From assembly GCF_021869535.1 (NCBI RefSeq), contig NW_026262581.1, positions 16,058,001-16,122,000 on the forward strand: DNA of 64,000 bases. The letters run 5' to 3'. The notes below the pieces were generated by a model. That model did not search any database. It worked only from the letters and a program-made list of their open reading frames with translations, and was not told the DNA's origin. This DNA comes from Mytilus californianus. Lineage: Eukaryota. Within the stretch, counting starts at the first letter, position 1. Each line of letters starts with the position of its first letter. Made by a program: the position numbers and the translations under genes. This document shows, piece by piece, positions 12,901 through 24,900 of this stretch.

Positions 12901-15900
12901 GCCGACAAGGCTAAAAAAAAGTACATAGGGTAAAATGCAGTTTTTGGCTCATATCTCTGAAACCAAAGCATTTAGAGCAAATCTGACAGGGGTAAAATTG
13001 TTTATCAGGTCAAGATCTATCTGCCCTGAAATTTTCAGACCAATCAGGCAAATCGTTGTTTGGTTGCTGCCCCTGAATTGGTAATTTTAATGAAATTTTG
13101 TCGTTTTTGGTTATTATCTTGAATATTATTATAGATAGAGATAAACTGTAAACAGCAATAATGTTCAGCAAAGTAAGATCTACAATTAAGTCAACTTGAC
13201 CAAAATGGTCAGTTGACCCCTTAAGGAGTTATTGCCTTTTATAATCAATTTTAACCATTTTTCGTAAATTTTTGTAATCTTTTACAAAAATTTTCTCCTC
13301 TGTAACTACTGAGACAAATTTAACCAAACTTGTCCACAATCATCATTAGGGTATATTGTTTAAAAAATGTGTCCGATGACCCCGCCCGCGAACCAAGATG
13401 GCCGACATGGCTAAAAATAGAACATAGGGGGTAAAATGTAGATTTTGGCTTATATCTCTGAAACCAAAGCATTTAGAGTAAATCTGACATTGGGTAAAAC
13501 TGATTATCAGGTCAAGATCTATCTGCCTAGAAATTTTCAGACCAATCAGGCAACACGTTGTTGGGTTGCTGCCCCTGAATTGGTAATTTTAAGAAAATTT
13601 TGCAGCTTTTGGTTATTATCTTGAATATTATTATAGATAGAGATAAACTGTAAACAGCAATAATGTACAGCAAAGTAAGATCTACAAATAAGTCAACATG
13701 ACCAAAATTGTCAATTGACCCCTTAAGGAGTTATTGCCCTTTATAGTCAATTTTTTACAATTTTTTCATAAATTTTGTAAATTTTTGTAAATTTTTACAA
13801 AATATTTTCCACTGTAACTACTGGGCCAAGTTCATTATAGATAGAGATAATTGTAAGCAGCAAGAATGTTCAGTAAAGTAAGATCTACAAACACATCACC
13901 ATCACCAAAACACAATTTTGTCATAAATCCATCTTTGTCCTTTGTTTAATATGCACATATACCAAGGTGAGCGACACAGGCTCTTTAGAGCCTCTAGTTA
14001 ATCCATGAGTATAGTTAACATTCTATTTTAGTCATACTTGAGGGAGTAGGAGAAAATGTCCAGGTTGGTTTACCGACGGATTTGTATGTTATACCTGGAT
14101 ATTCAGTTGAAGGAGGTAAGTAAAATGTTACCAAATGGAAACACAAGAAGATGTGGTATGATTACCAATGAGACAACTCTCCACTAGAGACCAAAATCTT
14201 GCATAGATACAAAGATTTGGTTTGCAAGTTTGGCTGTACCTGTAAAAAACTTATTTCGGACGGAATAACACATCTAAAATTTTACGGTAATGTTGTTTAC
14301 CGAGCCCGGAAATTTATATACGATCCGGGTAAACTTATCAATCCTTTAAATAAACTTATTCTAAAAGGTTACCAATTCAACACTGTAATTAGATCTTTGA
14401 ATGTTGTTTTTATTGGTATAAATATTGATTTTGTTATCAGTAAATTAAAATCATAATAAATAGTTTTGTTATACACATATGCACTTTAACGGTACTACAA
14501 TCTGTCGATACCTTTATTTTGGCATTGCACAAAGTCTGTTTTTCTCTGACTGTTAATGACGTCTTTACACTAAATCCATCGGATGTTGGATGATGTGTAC
14601 TGATTGATATTTTAGTCTTAGATACATGATATTTTTATTAGTTGTTATTGGCTTTGAACTAGCTTTCAGTAACTGCGAGTACTCTCAGATCTGAACTTAG
14701 TGTCCTTTTTGTTGTTAGGGATGAGGGATAGATAAATACCCTGCCACGTCCGGTCTGTGTTTTTGTTTGATTGTTCTGCTTTGTATCGATCTGATGAGTT
14801 AAGCTTTTTTCAGCTTATTTTTATAGTTTGTTCTTATGTTGTGCTGTTTCACCACTGTCCCAGGTTAGGAGAGGGTTGAGCGCTCACAAACATGTTTTAC
14901 CCCGCCACATTCTTTATGTGCCTGTCCCAAGTCAGGAGCCTGTAGTTCAGTGGTTGTTGTTGGTTCATGTCGGTCATATTTGTTTTTCGTAAATTGTTTT
15001 GTTATAAATTCAAGGCCAATAGTTTTCTCAATTGAATTGTTTCATATTTTTTATGTCGGGGTCTTTTATAGCCGACTATACGGTATTGGTTTTTCTCATT
15101 GTTGAAGGCCGTACGGTTGAGTATAATTGCTTACATCCACTTCATTTGAACTTTGGTGGAAAGTTGTCTCATTGGCAATCATACCTCATCTCCTTATTTT
15201 TAAAATGACATAGAAGTAAGCAACCATAGGTCACCGTACGGCCATTAACAATAAGCAAAACCCACACCGCATAGTCAGCTGTAAAAGGCCCCGAAATGAC
15301 AAATGTGAAACAATTCAAACGAGAAAACTAATGGCTTGATTTATGTACAAAACAATAAACGAAAACCAAATAAGATATACAGCAACAAATGACAACTACT
15401 TTAAGTATTTCTTAAAATCCTCATATAAGTAGCAGACTTTTTTCGCTCTCAATATACACAAATACTGAATAAAGCATTTGTGACTTTTAACTTGAATTTC
15501 TGCAATATCTAAACGTGTATATGACATTGCCAAACAAAGCAGATGTCCAAAGTTTTTTGCAGAAGTCTCCGCCTTCTTTATTTTAGTACAGGGTCGAAAG
15601 ACAATAAATCAATAGTAATATCATTCCAAAACCAGGGCGAGATCCCGATTTAGATACGTCTAGTTAAACAATTACCACATTCCCAGTCAACCTTGCAAAC
15701 AAAATCTTAATCGTCGCGAAAAAGATGCTTTACATATGTACATTTTGTTACTCCATTAATCGAGATTTAAATATCTCGATTAGAGTCGAGATATCAAAAC
15801 AAATATTTAACCCATCGTTTTTTGATGCTATAAACATTGTTCTTAGTCCGGAAATTTACTATAATTTTATATTTCAACCAAATTAATTTGTAAAAATATA

Positions 15901-18900
15901 TTATACACATTAATAGGAGAAAACTGAAACATTTGAAGATAAACCTATGAATAAAATAAAAACAAATGTTCTTCAGAGAATGCTGTGTCTTTCAAAAGAC
16001 GGTTTGTTAAAATTCAACCATACTGCCTTCAAATTTTTTTTTTAAATGTGTTATCATATGAAATATTTATATATATATAACTCTATAAGTGACGAAAACT
16101 TAATCCAAACTATATAATAGCTATTCAAGTTATATTTAAGTATATCTTTTCTGTCAATATTTAAGTTAAGATTTTAAATTGAAAACAACGTTCAAACCTA
16201 TGATTGCGTTGGATAAAAACCGCAATTTTTATACGTGTGCATGCAAAACAAATTTCTTGGTAGATGGGTCTAAATACAGCACAAACAACATTTTCCAAAA
16301 GACCAAAAAAAGTGAAAAAGTATATTTTAACAAAACGCATTTGACTAGCAGGTCGAACAACGGATGTTCTTAAACCATGCCGACTGCAATTGGCGATTGT
16401 CAAATAAACGGATCACCAGATGTAACAAATTGGATCTTAACTATTAATTCAATACCAAACAGAAAACAATAAACTTGCGAAAAAGATGGTATACCACAAA
16501 CAAAAGGTATAAAAATTAGTACACCATATACGGATTTCGACAATTAATGTCTTTTCAGTGATGTTAGGAATCGAAACGGTATTTGGAAGGCTATTTAATT
16601 TACCTCAATTTAGGATAGACTCTTGAATTTTGAAGTGCCAAAATAGGATGAACGGATCATATAAATCCGAAGGCAAATATATTACAAGCCCAAACGAAAA
16701 AATATAAACAATTCTAAATTGAAAACAACGTTCAAACCTATGATTGCGTTGGATAAAAACCGCAATTTTTATACGTGTGCATGCAAAACAAATTTCTTGG
16801 TAGAGGGATCTAAATACAGCACAAACAACATTTTCCAAAAGACCAAAAAAGTGAAAAAGTATATTTTAACAAAACGCATTTGACTAGCAGGTCGAAAAAC
16901 GGATGTTCTTAAACCCTGCTGACTACCAACGGATGTTCTTAAACCCCGCTAACTGCTATATATATAGAGAGAGAGATGTAAATCGTTTAGACAACATATC
17001 TCCTTAACATAATCAGTACTATTCCGATTATATTTTAGCATCGAGAATTTAATTTTATTAAATTTTATACTTATGAAACCTATAACATTACATAACTGAA
17101 ATCTAACTATTTAACATATATTTTGTTGCAGGCTCACTTCCACCGCCAATGCCGCCACTGGCAACAAATATCCCGGATAAAGCTACTTATAAACAACCAG
17201 AAATGCAAGAGTAAGTTTCAATAGTACTCGTGCAATCTAAAAACATGTCATGCAAGGGAAACGTTTAAGTCATAACTAAAAGAATGGGGATTTGGTTATA
17301 TGTCTGTATGACTAAAAATTATTTATTACGGATATTTGTTTTGTTTTTTTTTAATAAAAAAACAGTTTTCTTGTGCTTATTATACAGAAGACATGTCTAA
17401 AAATAATAAACTTTTTTCCATTATCTTTTAAGGGTTCCAGTTATATCACACGAAAGAGCGAAGAAAGCACTGCTTGACCACATAGAAACACAATGTTGCT
17501 GGGGAAAGGGAACAGCCAATAAAATAACAACGTTTGAAAACCTTGAATCTTCAACAACATATCATGTAACTAATATATCGTTTATGACACGGAGATTTTG
17601 AACGAAAAACACATACATTGAAAACTGTTACGCTTTTGTAGTATTTAACAGCCTTTCCCTTAACCTTTGTTACGCAAGTATTGATTTAAATGCTTCAAAT
17701 TTACCGTGATTGTGTGAGTTTCTTCATTTGAATCCATATCGCAGTCATGATGCGCTGAAGTAGACTAGTCTGCAACACGCCCAATGATCAATAAAGTGTG
17801 AGATTGATTGATTGAGTGTTGATTGCTTAACGTCCCGTGGCAAATGTTTCATGCATGTTCAGAACAAGAACAAACTAACAATAAATATAAAAGGTATGTC
17901 CTGTAATAGGGGCCATCTGGGATGAAGGTCGGGAAAATTTGCACTGCCACTGGAAAATTAGGATATGATTGGATAGGGACAGAATTTTTGCCTTGCAACA
18001 CGCCACGTTCGGAATCCTCAAAGAGTTGTTGCAACGGTTCTAAATGTGCAGAGAGCGTGGTACTATCTCTACACGAGGCATTGGATTAAACGTCCCCATT
18101 CTGACCGGAAGTGACTGTGTACCAGTATATCCACCACAGCAAAACGGACGCCCCATTTTTGCAAGTGTTTCACTGCCGGTCGGAAGGAGTAACCATCTTT
18201 CTATTCCACAATCACCCTTTGGAGGGGGAGAAAGGTTGGGGAGAAAGCCAGTGCATACTTATGTTCTGTCTTAATTATCATCTTTAGAAATGAAATAAAA
18301 AATAAAAAGGTATAATTGCGATTTTTGCTTGAAATTGTTTCACTCAAATTGTCACAAACATAAATTTGATAAAACTTAGAGGAATTTAAATATAAAAAAG
18401 GGTTTAATATACATTAAAGATTTCTAATTTATCTCATGTTCATAAATAAAATAAACACGATATTCGTTGTCCTTTATATTGCTGCCGAAGACAATTTTGA
18501 TACAATCATGAACATTTTAGATGTTTTCGTAAAATTCTGCATGGAAAAACACCAAAATCAATTAATTGCTGTCTAAAAAAACAACAAAAAATACCCCAAA
18601 GTTAAACGTCCGAAAACATTTTGGTTTTGGATAGTATGTCCCTTCAGCAGAAAATTTTGTTAGATTCATTGAGAATTAGCCTTGCCCTCTATGGGGAACC
18701 AAACGACAAAAAAAAAAAAAAAAAAACTGAAGAGATTTAAAAAAAAATCTTTTCAACAGTATTAACGATAAAAAGAAAAAACAATATTTTGTAAAGATAC
18801 ACTATTTATTCGGTACAGCAATGCAAGTCATTTTTATGCCTCCGCCGCTAATTATTAAAGATTGTTTTTTTACATTTTGTTCACAGTACACACTGGAAAC

Positions 18901-21900
18901 CTTTACAGAAACTAGATCAACACAGTGGCAAATGGAACCATTCAGAGGTACATGAAAACCTTGTCACAATTAATTTAAAGGTTTTACGATGTATGCACAA
19001 TAGTCTATTCGTACAATCTAGTTTGTCATATCAACTTTTATATCCAGAACATGATAAGTACCTAAATAAGGGTAGCAGTTAAAATATCTTTATCACGACA
19101 TAAGAGAACATAACTATTATTTTTTTTTTTTTTGCAATAACAGATCTTGAACTCAAATACTTGGGACCAGTCACCTAAATTACTCAATTGATACCGGTTT
19201 ATTTTTATCTTAAAGGAGACATGACACGATTTTCAATTTGTGTTTCAAAATGTTTATTTATACTTAACTTTCCTCAAAAATACATCGATAGCAATATAAG
19301 TGTCAACTATTTAGGAAAATATGTATTTTAATCGGAGATTTTAATGCAACGATTTATCGACCTGTCAAATATGCATATTTCCATCCCGGAAGTCACTCAG
19401 AACGAGGCTACTACGTCAGTGGTTACATTCATTCATATTGGCATATGGGTACAGCACAAATTTAGTTTCGATTATTATCCAACAAAACGCATGACAGTGA
19501 TAAACAATGATTATGTGTGATGCCGATGGAATCAACAATATAATTAAAAATAATATTGACATGATATTTTCTGTTTTTTGAATGACACGCAGACTTAGAA
19601 GGTGTAAAGATGGGACTTCTTAACAAGCCCAAACTACACTTCTTTTCGCCTACTTTCATTAGGATTCCAGAGTTGGGGTCTCGGGTGCCATGCCATGAGT
19701 TCATCATAGGTCACAGGTGTACGGTACAGATGATTGAGTTTCGCAATTTCAGGTCTCGTTTGAAGTTGCAAACTTCAAGTGTCACTCCACATGGGGGATT
19801 GATAAAGACATATAGTGATTACGCAATATTACTTCATAAGCTCTTTGTGTACATCCTGGATGTTGGTATTGCCGAGGGCACAGGTGAGATTGGAATATAT
19901 TATTGTTGTGTACAGAAAACAGGTACAACTACCTGATCATATATGTTTAATGAATACCTGTAGTACGACCATACAATACCCTATGCACCACCAATTAAAT
20001 TCCCTAACCCGTGTTGATAACTAATAGACAACCTGTATATAGATCTTATTTTTATTGCTTTTAAGAATATGCAGATATAAAAAGGTTTATAACAGATGCA
20101 TTTTTTATTTGACTTCTTGAGATGGAAAAGTAATATTCTTGTATGCTTGCAAGTCTATAACTTCATAAGAAATTGTTAGGCATAAAGCATAAAAGCAAAC
20201 AAGGAAATGATACGAGAATGTGAATCATAAGTCTTTTACATTCTTTTTCTGACACATTCCCTTTTTCCATTCTCAATTTTATGATATTGAACATCGAATA
20301 TAATTATTGACAACTATTTAGTTGGTAAAGATTCAGATGATGAAAAACATTTCTTTTTAAAATGGAAACTTTATAATAAATGAAGAAAGTGTCGTTTACC
20401 GTACGGCCTCCAATAATGAGAAAACCCCATACCGTATATTCGGCTTTACAAGTTCTCAACGTGAAAATGTGAAACAATTTTAACGAGAAAACTAACTTTT
20501 TTATAACAAAATAATTTCCGTAGAAAAAAAAATTGACAGACATGAATCAACGACAACAACTGATCTATATGCTCCTGATTTAAGACAGGCACATTCAAAA
20601 TGTGTCGGTAGTATATGTTTGTGAGCGCCTACGGTACCCTCTCCACGTCCCAACATGTGACAGTGGTCTTACAGCAGTACATAAGAATTATAAAAACCAG
20701 TCTAACGCAAAAGATCGGTACGAAGAACCACTAACGTTAAAACAATAGAGACAACGCACAAATACTGTTAGCTAGATCAAAGCCAAGTACAGCTAATACA
20801 CAACTCATGTTCTCGAAGACTGAAGTATGTTACATGTAAACATTTTCCTGCTCAGTTCGATTGAAAATCTAACATTTATTCAAATGACCCCTTTTATAAA
20901 AAAAATTTTGAAAAAGAACATTATGTGTTGCGAATATTTTCCTGGACTCAAGCGTTTTCCTGGTAGCAATAAACAAATTGATTGCTAAATGATATTTGGA
21001 AGAGAGGGGTGGAAAAAAGTGAATTTGAATTTACTTTGTGTAATTCCTTAAATTTGAAGTTAGATTTATAAGGGTCTGGATTGAATAGCATACTTTAGAA
21101 GTGTAGTATCATAACTGTATTAATTATTTCAACATAAGATAGTTTTTCTTAGAAATGTATGATTTTTAAAGGTAAATAACATAACACGTGACTAAATTAC
21201 ACTACAAGTGCCTTCTTACCTTTTACCTGGTCAAGTATGCTATAGGTGTCAACATTTAATCACTAAAACAACAGCCTCCAATAAATGTTTTGTATTGTGT
21301 AATTTTATACATTAGATGAGACGTAAATAAAATATTGAATTTAATTGTTTACATAAAAGGGGGAAAGTAATAAAATTGTTAATTGAATATCCTAATGCAA
21401 AAATAGTGTGATAAAGGATTTTTCACTATACAAATCCTTTGTGTGATGTATGGTTTCCAACCAAAAAAATTATAAGCATAACTTTTGGTGATAATTTATA
21501 CCTATTAAAAGTCTCTATGTAATAAAAAAAAATAAAAACGGACACTTTGCGAACGCCTGATTTGACTTTTACTATCGTTTTTTTTTTCCTGCTTCTGGCG
21601 CACACATAATTATAACATTACCGTAACAGAGAGAAAGAAAAGAACAATTTGATCATCAATAATTAGAAATTTATATTTTCAATCATGACTAAAAAGTAGT
21701 TTTATTTAAATGAAAAAATGCAGAAAGCGGTCTATTAAATTTATTCATCAGACAAACCAAATATGTATGGTAACAATCCGATCGGTATTGTCTGAAAAAT
21801 CGTCGTTTTTGGACTCTTCGCATGAAGAATTAATATCCTTTTCTTGGTTATTTTTTACACACAATGTCTTTATAGTTTGTCAGTAATCTGGAAAAGTGCT

Positions 21901-24900
21901 GTCAATACCGTCCATAGTGTATCGACATCGTCCAGTTAAGAGACATTTTCCCAACTTGTAACCACTGACGTAAGCACGATCACGTGATCGTTATCTAATT
22001 AAAAATCATTCTTAATGACAAGCGCTTGATTCTTTGACCAGAAAAATGCTAATTTATCAGGTTTTGACCAGCAAAATTGTACAAAACATGTTTTAAGACT
22101 AATATTTATTAATTTAATAATAAAAAATTTTTTTTTAAAAATCGTGTCATGTCTCCTTTAACTTGGAAATGTTCTTACCATTGATTGCTAGACGTTTAAG
22201 TTTCAGCTAAATCTATATATAAAAAAATATATGTCTAGTGATAAAAGAAAACTATCCACAACATCTGATTTTTATTTTAAACTAAAACCAGATATAGCGC
22301 TCAACATTAGAACAGGATCGAGTGATCGGTTACAAAAAATATATCAAAGATACCAGGCTTATAATTTTGTACGGCAATCTCGCGTTTCTACGAAGTGAAT
22401 TAATATAGTTAATGATATAAATTATACCTTTCTTAATTGATTCTTGCAGGAAGCAACAAATTGTATTATAAAGTATAAATATAATTGTTCATTTTGTTCA
22501 GAAACATTGAAATTATTATGTGTAATTAACCTACCACTCTGTAGATCGGAGTTTTCTTATGAGAATGATTTCAGGTTGAAATTTAAAAAGATTTTATCAG
22601 TCACATTGTTTTTGTATTTTTACAGGACAATTTATAGACGGACCAGAAAATGGGATTCCAGTACACCCTTGGGGAATCCCATTGACCGCGGTAGAACAGT
22701 TTAGGGATTTTGAGACTCGCAGTATGGAGGTTCCACATACAGCTTCCGTCAGGGTAGGTGCCTATTTGTCTTATATTGTGTAAGGGTAAAAGTCTGTTTG
22801 TTTAGATTGGCATATGGTAAGTACTTGTTTGTTTATATTGTGTAAGGGTAAAAGTCTGTTTGTTTAGATTGGCATATGGTAAGTACTTGTTTGTTTATAT
22901 TGCGTAAGGGTAAAAGTCTGTTTGTTTAGATTGGCATATGGTAAGTACTTGTTTGTTTATATTGTGTAAGGGACAAAGTCTGTTTGTTTAGATTGGCATA
23001 TGGTAAGTACTTGTTTGTTTATATTGCGTAAGGGTAAAAGTCTGTTTGTTTAGATTGGCATATGGTAAGTACTTGTTTGTTTATATTGCGTAAGGGTAAA
23101 AGTCTGTTTGTTTAGATTGGCATATGGTAAGTACTTGTTTGTTTATATTGCGTAAGGGTAAAAGTCTGTTTGTTTAGATTGGCATATGGTAAGTACTTGT
23201 TTGTTTATATTGCGTAAGGGTAAAAGTCTGTTTGTTTAGATTGGCATATGGTAAGTACTTGTTTGTTTATATTGCGTAAGGGTAAAAGTCTGTTTGTTTA
23301 GATTGGCATATGGTAAGTACTTGTTTGTTTATATTGCGTAAGGGTAAAAGTCTGTTTGTTTAGATTGGCATATGGTAAGTACTTGTTTGTTTATATTGCG
23401 TAAGGGTAAAAGTCTGTTTGTTTAGATTGGCATATGGTAAGTACTTGTTTGTTTATATTGCGTAAGGGTAAAAGTCTGTTTGTTTAGATTGGCATATGGT
23501 AAGTACTTGTTTGTTTATATTGTGTAAGGGTAAAAGTCTGTTTGTTTAGATTGGCATATGGTAAGTACTTGTTTGTTTATATTGTGTAAGGGTAAAAGTC
23601 TGTTTGTTTAGATTGGCATATGGTAAGTACTTGTTTGTTTATATTGTGTAAGGGTAAAAGTCTGTTTGTTTAGATTGGCATATGGTAAGTACTTGCTTGT
23701 TTATATTGTGTAAGGGTAAAAGTCTGTTTGTTTAGATTGGCATATGGTAAGTACTTGTTTGTTTATATTGTGTAAGGGTAAAAGTCTGTTTGTTTAGATT
23801 GGCATATGGTAAGTACTTGTTTGTTTATATTGTGTAAGGGTAAAAGTCTGTTTGTTTAGATTGGCATATGGTAAGTACTTGTTTGTCTTATATTGTGTAA
23901 GGGTAAAAGTCTGTTTGTTTAGATTGGCATATGGTAAGTACTTGTTTGTTTATATTGTGTAAGGGTAAAAGTCTGTTTGTTTAGATTGGCATATGGTAAG
24001 TACTTGTTTGTTTATATTGTGTAAGGGTAAAAGTCTGTTTGTTTAGATTGGCATATGGTAAGTACTTGTTTGTTTATATTGTGTAAGGGTAAAAGTCTGT
24101 TTGTTTAGATTGGCATATGGTAAGTACTTGTTTGTTTATATTGTGTAAGGGTAAAAGTCTGTTTGTTTAGATTGGCATATGGTAAGTACTTGTTTGTTTA
24201 TATTGCGTAAGGGTAAAAGTCTGTTTGTTTAGATTGGCATATGGTAAGTACTTGTTTGTTTATATTGTGTAGGGATAAAAGTCTATTTGTTTAGATTGGC
24301 ATATGGTAAGTACTTGTTTGTTTATATTGTGTAAGGGTAAAAGTCTGTTTATTTAGATTGGCATATGGTAAGTACTTGTTTGTTTATATTGTGTAAGGGT
24401 AAAAGTCTGTTTGTTTAGATTGGCATATGGTAAGTACTTGTTTGTTTATATTGTGTAAGGGTAAAAGTCTGTTTATTTAGATTGGCATATGGTAAGTACT
24501 TGTTTGTTTATATTGCGTAAGGGTAAAAGTCTGTTTGTTTAGATTGGCATATGGTAAGTACTTGTTTGTTTATATTGTGTAGGGATAAAAGTCTATTTGT
24601 TTAGATTGGCATATGGTAAGTACTTGTTTGTTTATATTGCGTAAGGGTAAAAGTCTGTTTGTTTAGATTGGCATATGGTAAGTACTTGTTTGTTTATATT
24701 GTGTAAGGGTAAAAGTCTGTTTGTTTAGATTGGCATATGGTAAGTACTTGTTTGTTTATATTGTGTAAGGGTAAAAGTCTGTTTGTTTAGATTGGCATAT
24801 GGTAAGTACTTGTTTGTTTATATTGTGTAAGGGTAAAAGTCTGTTTGTTTAGATTGGCATATGGTAAGTACTTGTTTGTTTATATTGTGTAAGGGTAAAA

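Noticed and set aside
14788-14830. ctgatgag motif as a hammerhead (also ctgacgag at ~8400)
   Set aside because: There is no downstream stem II plus GAAA, so the core is incomplete.
15757-15782. 10-bp hairpin taatcgagat/atctcgatta
   Set aside because: It is isolated and probably a transposon fragment; nothing else supports a function.
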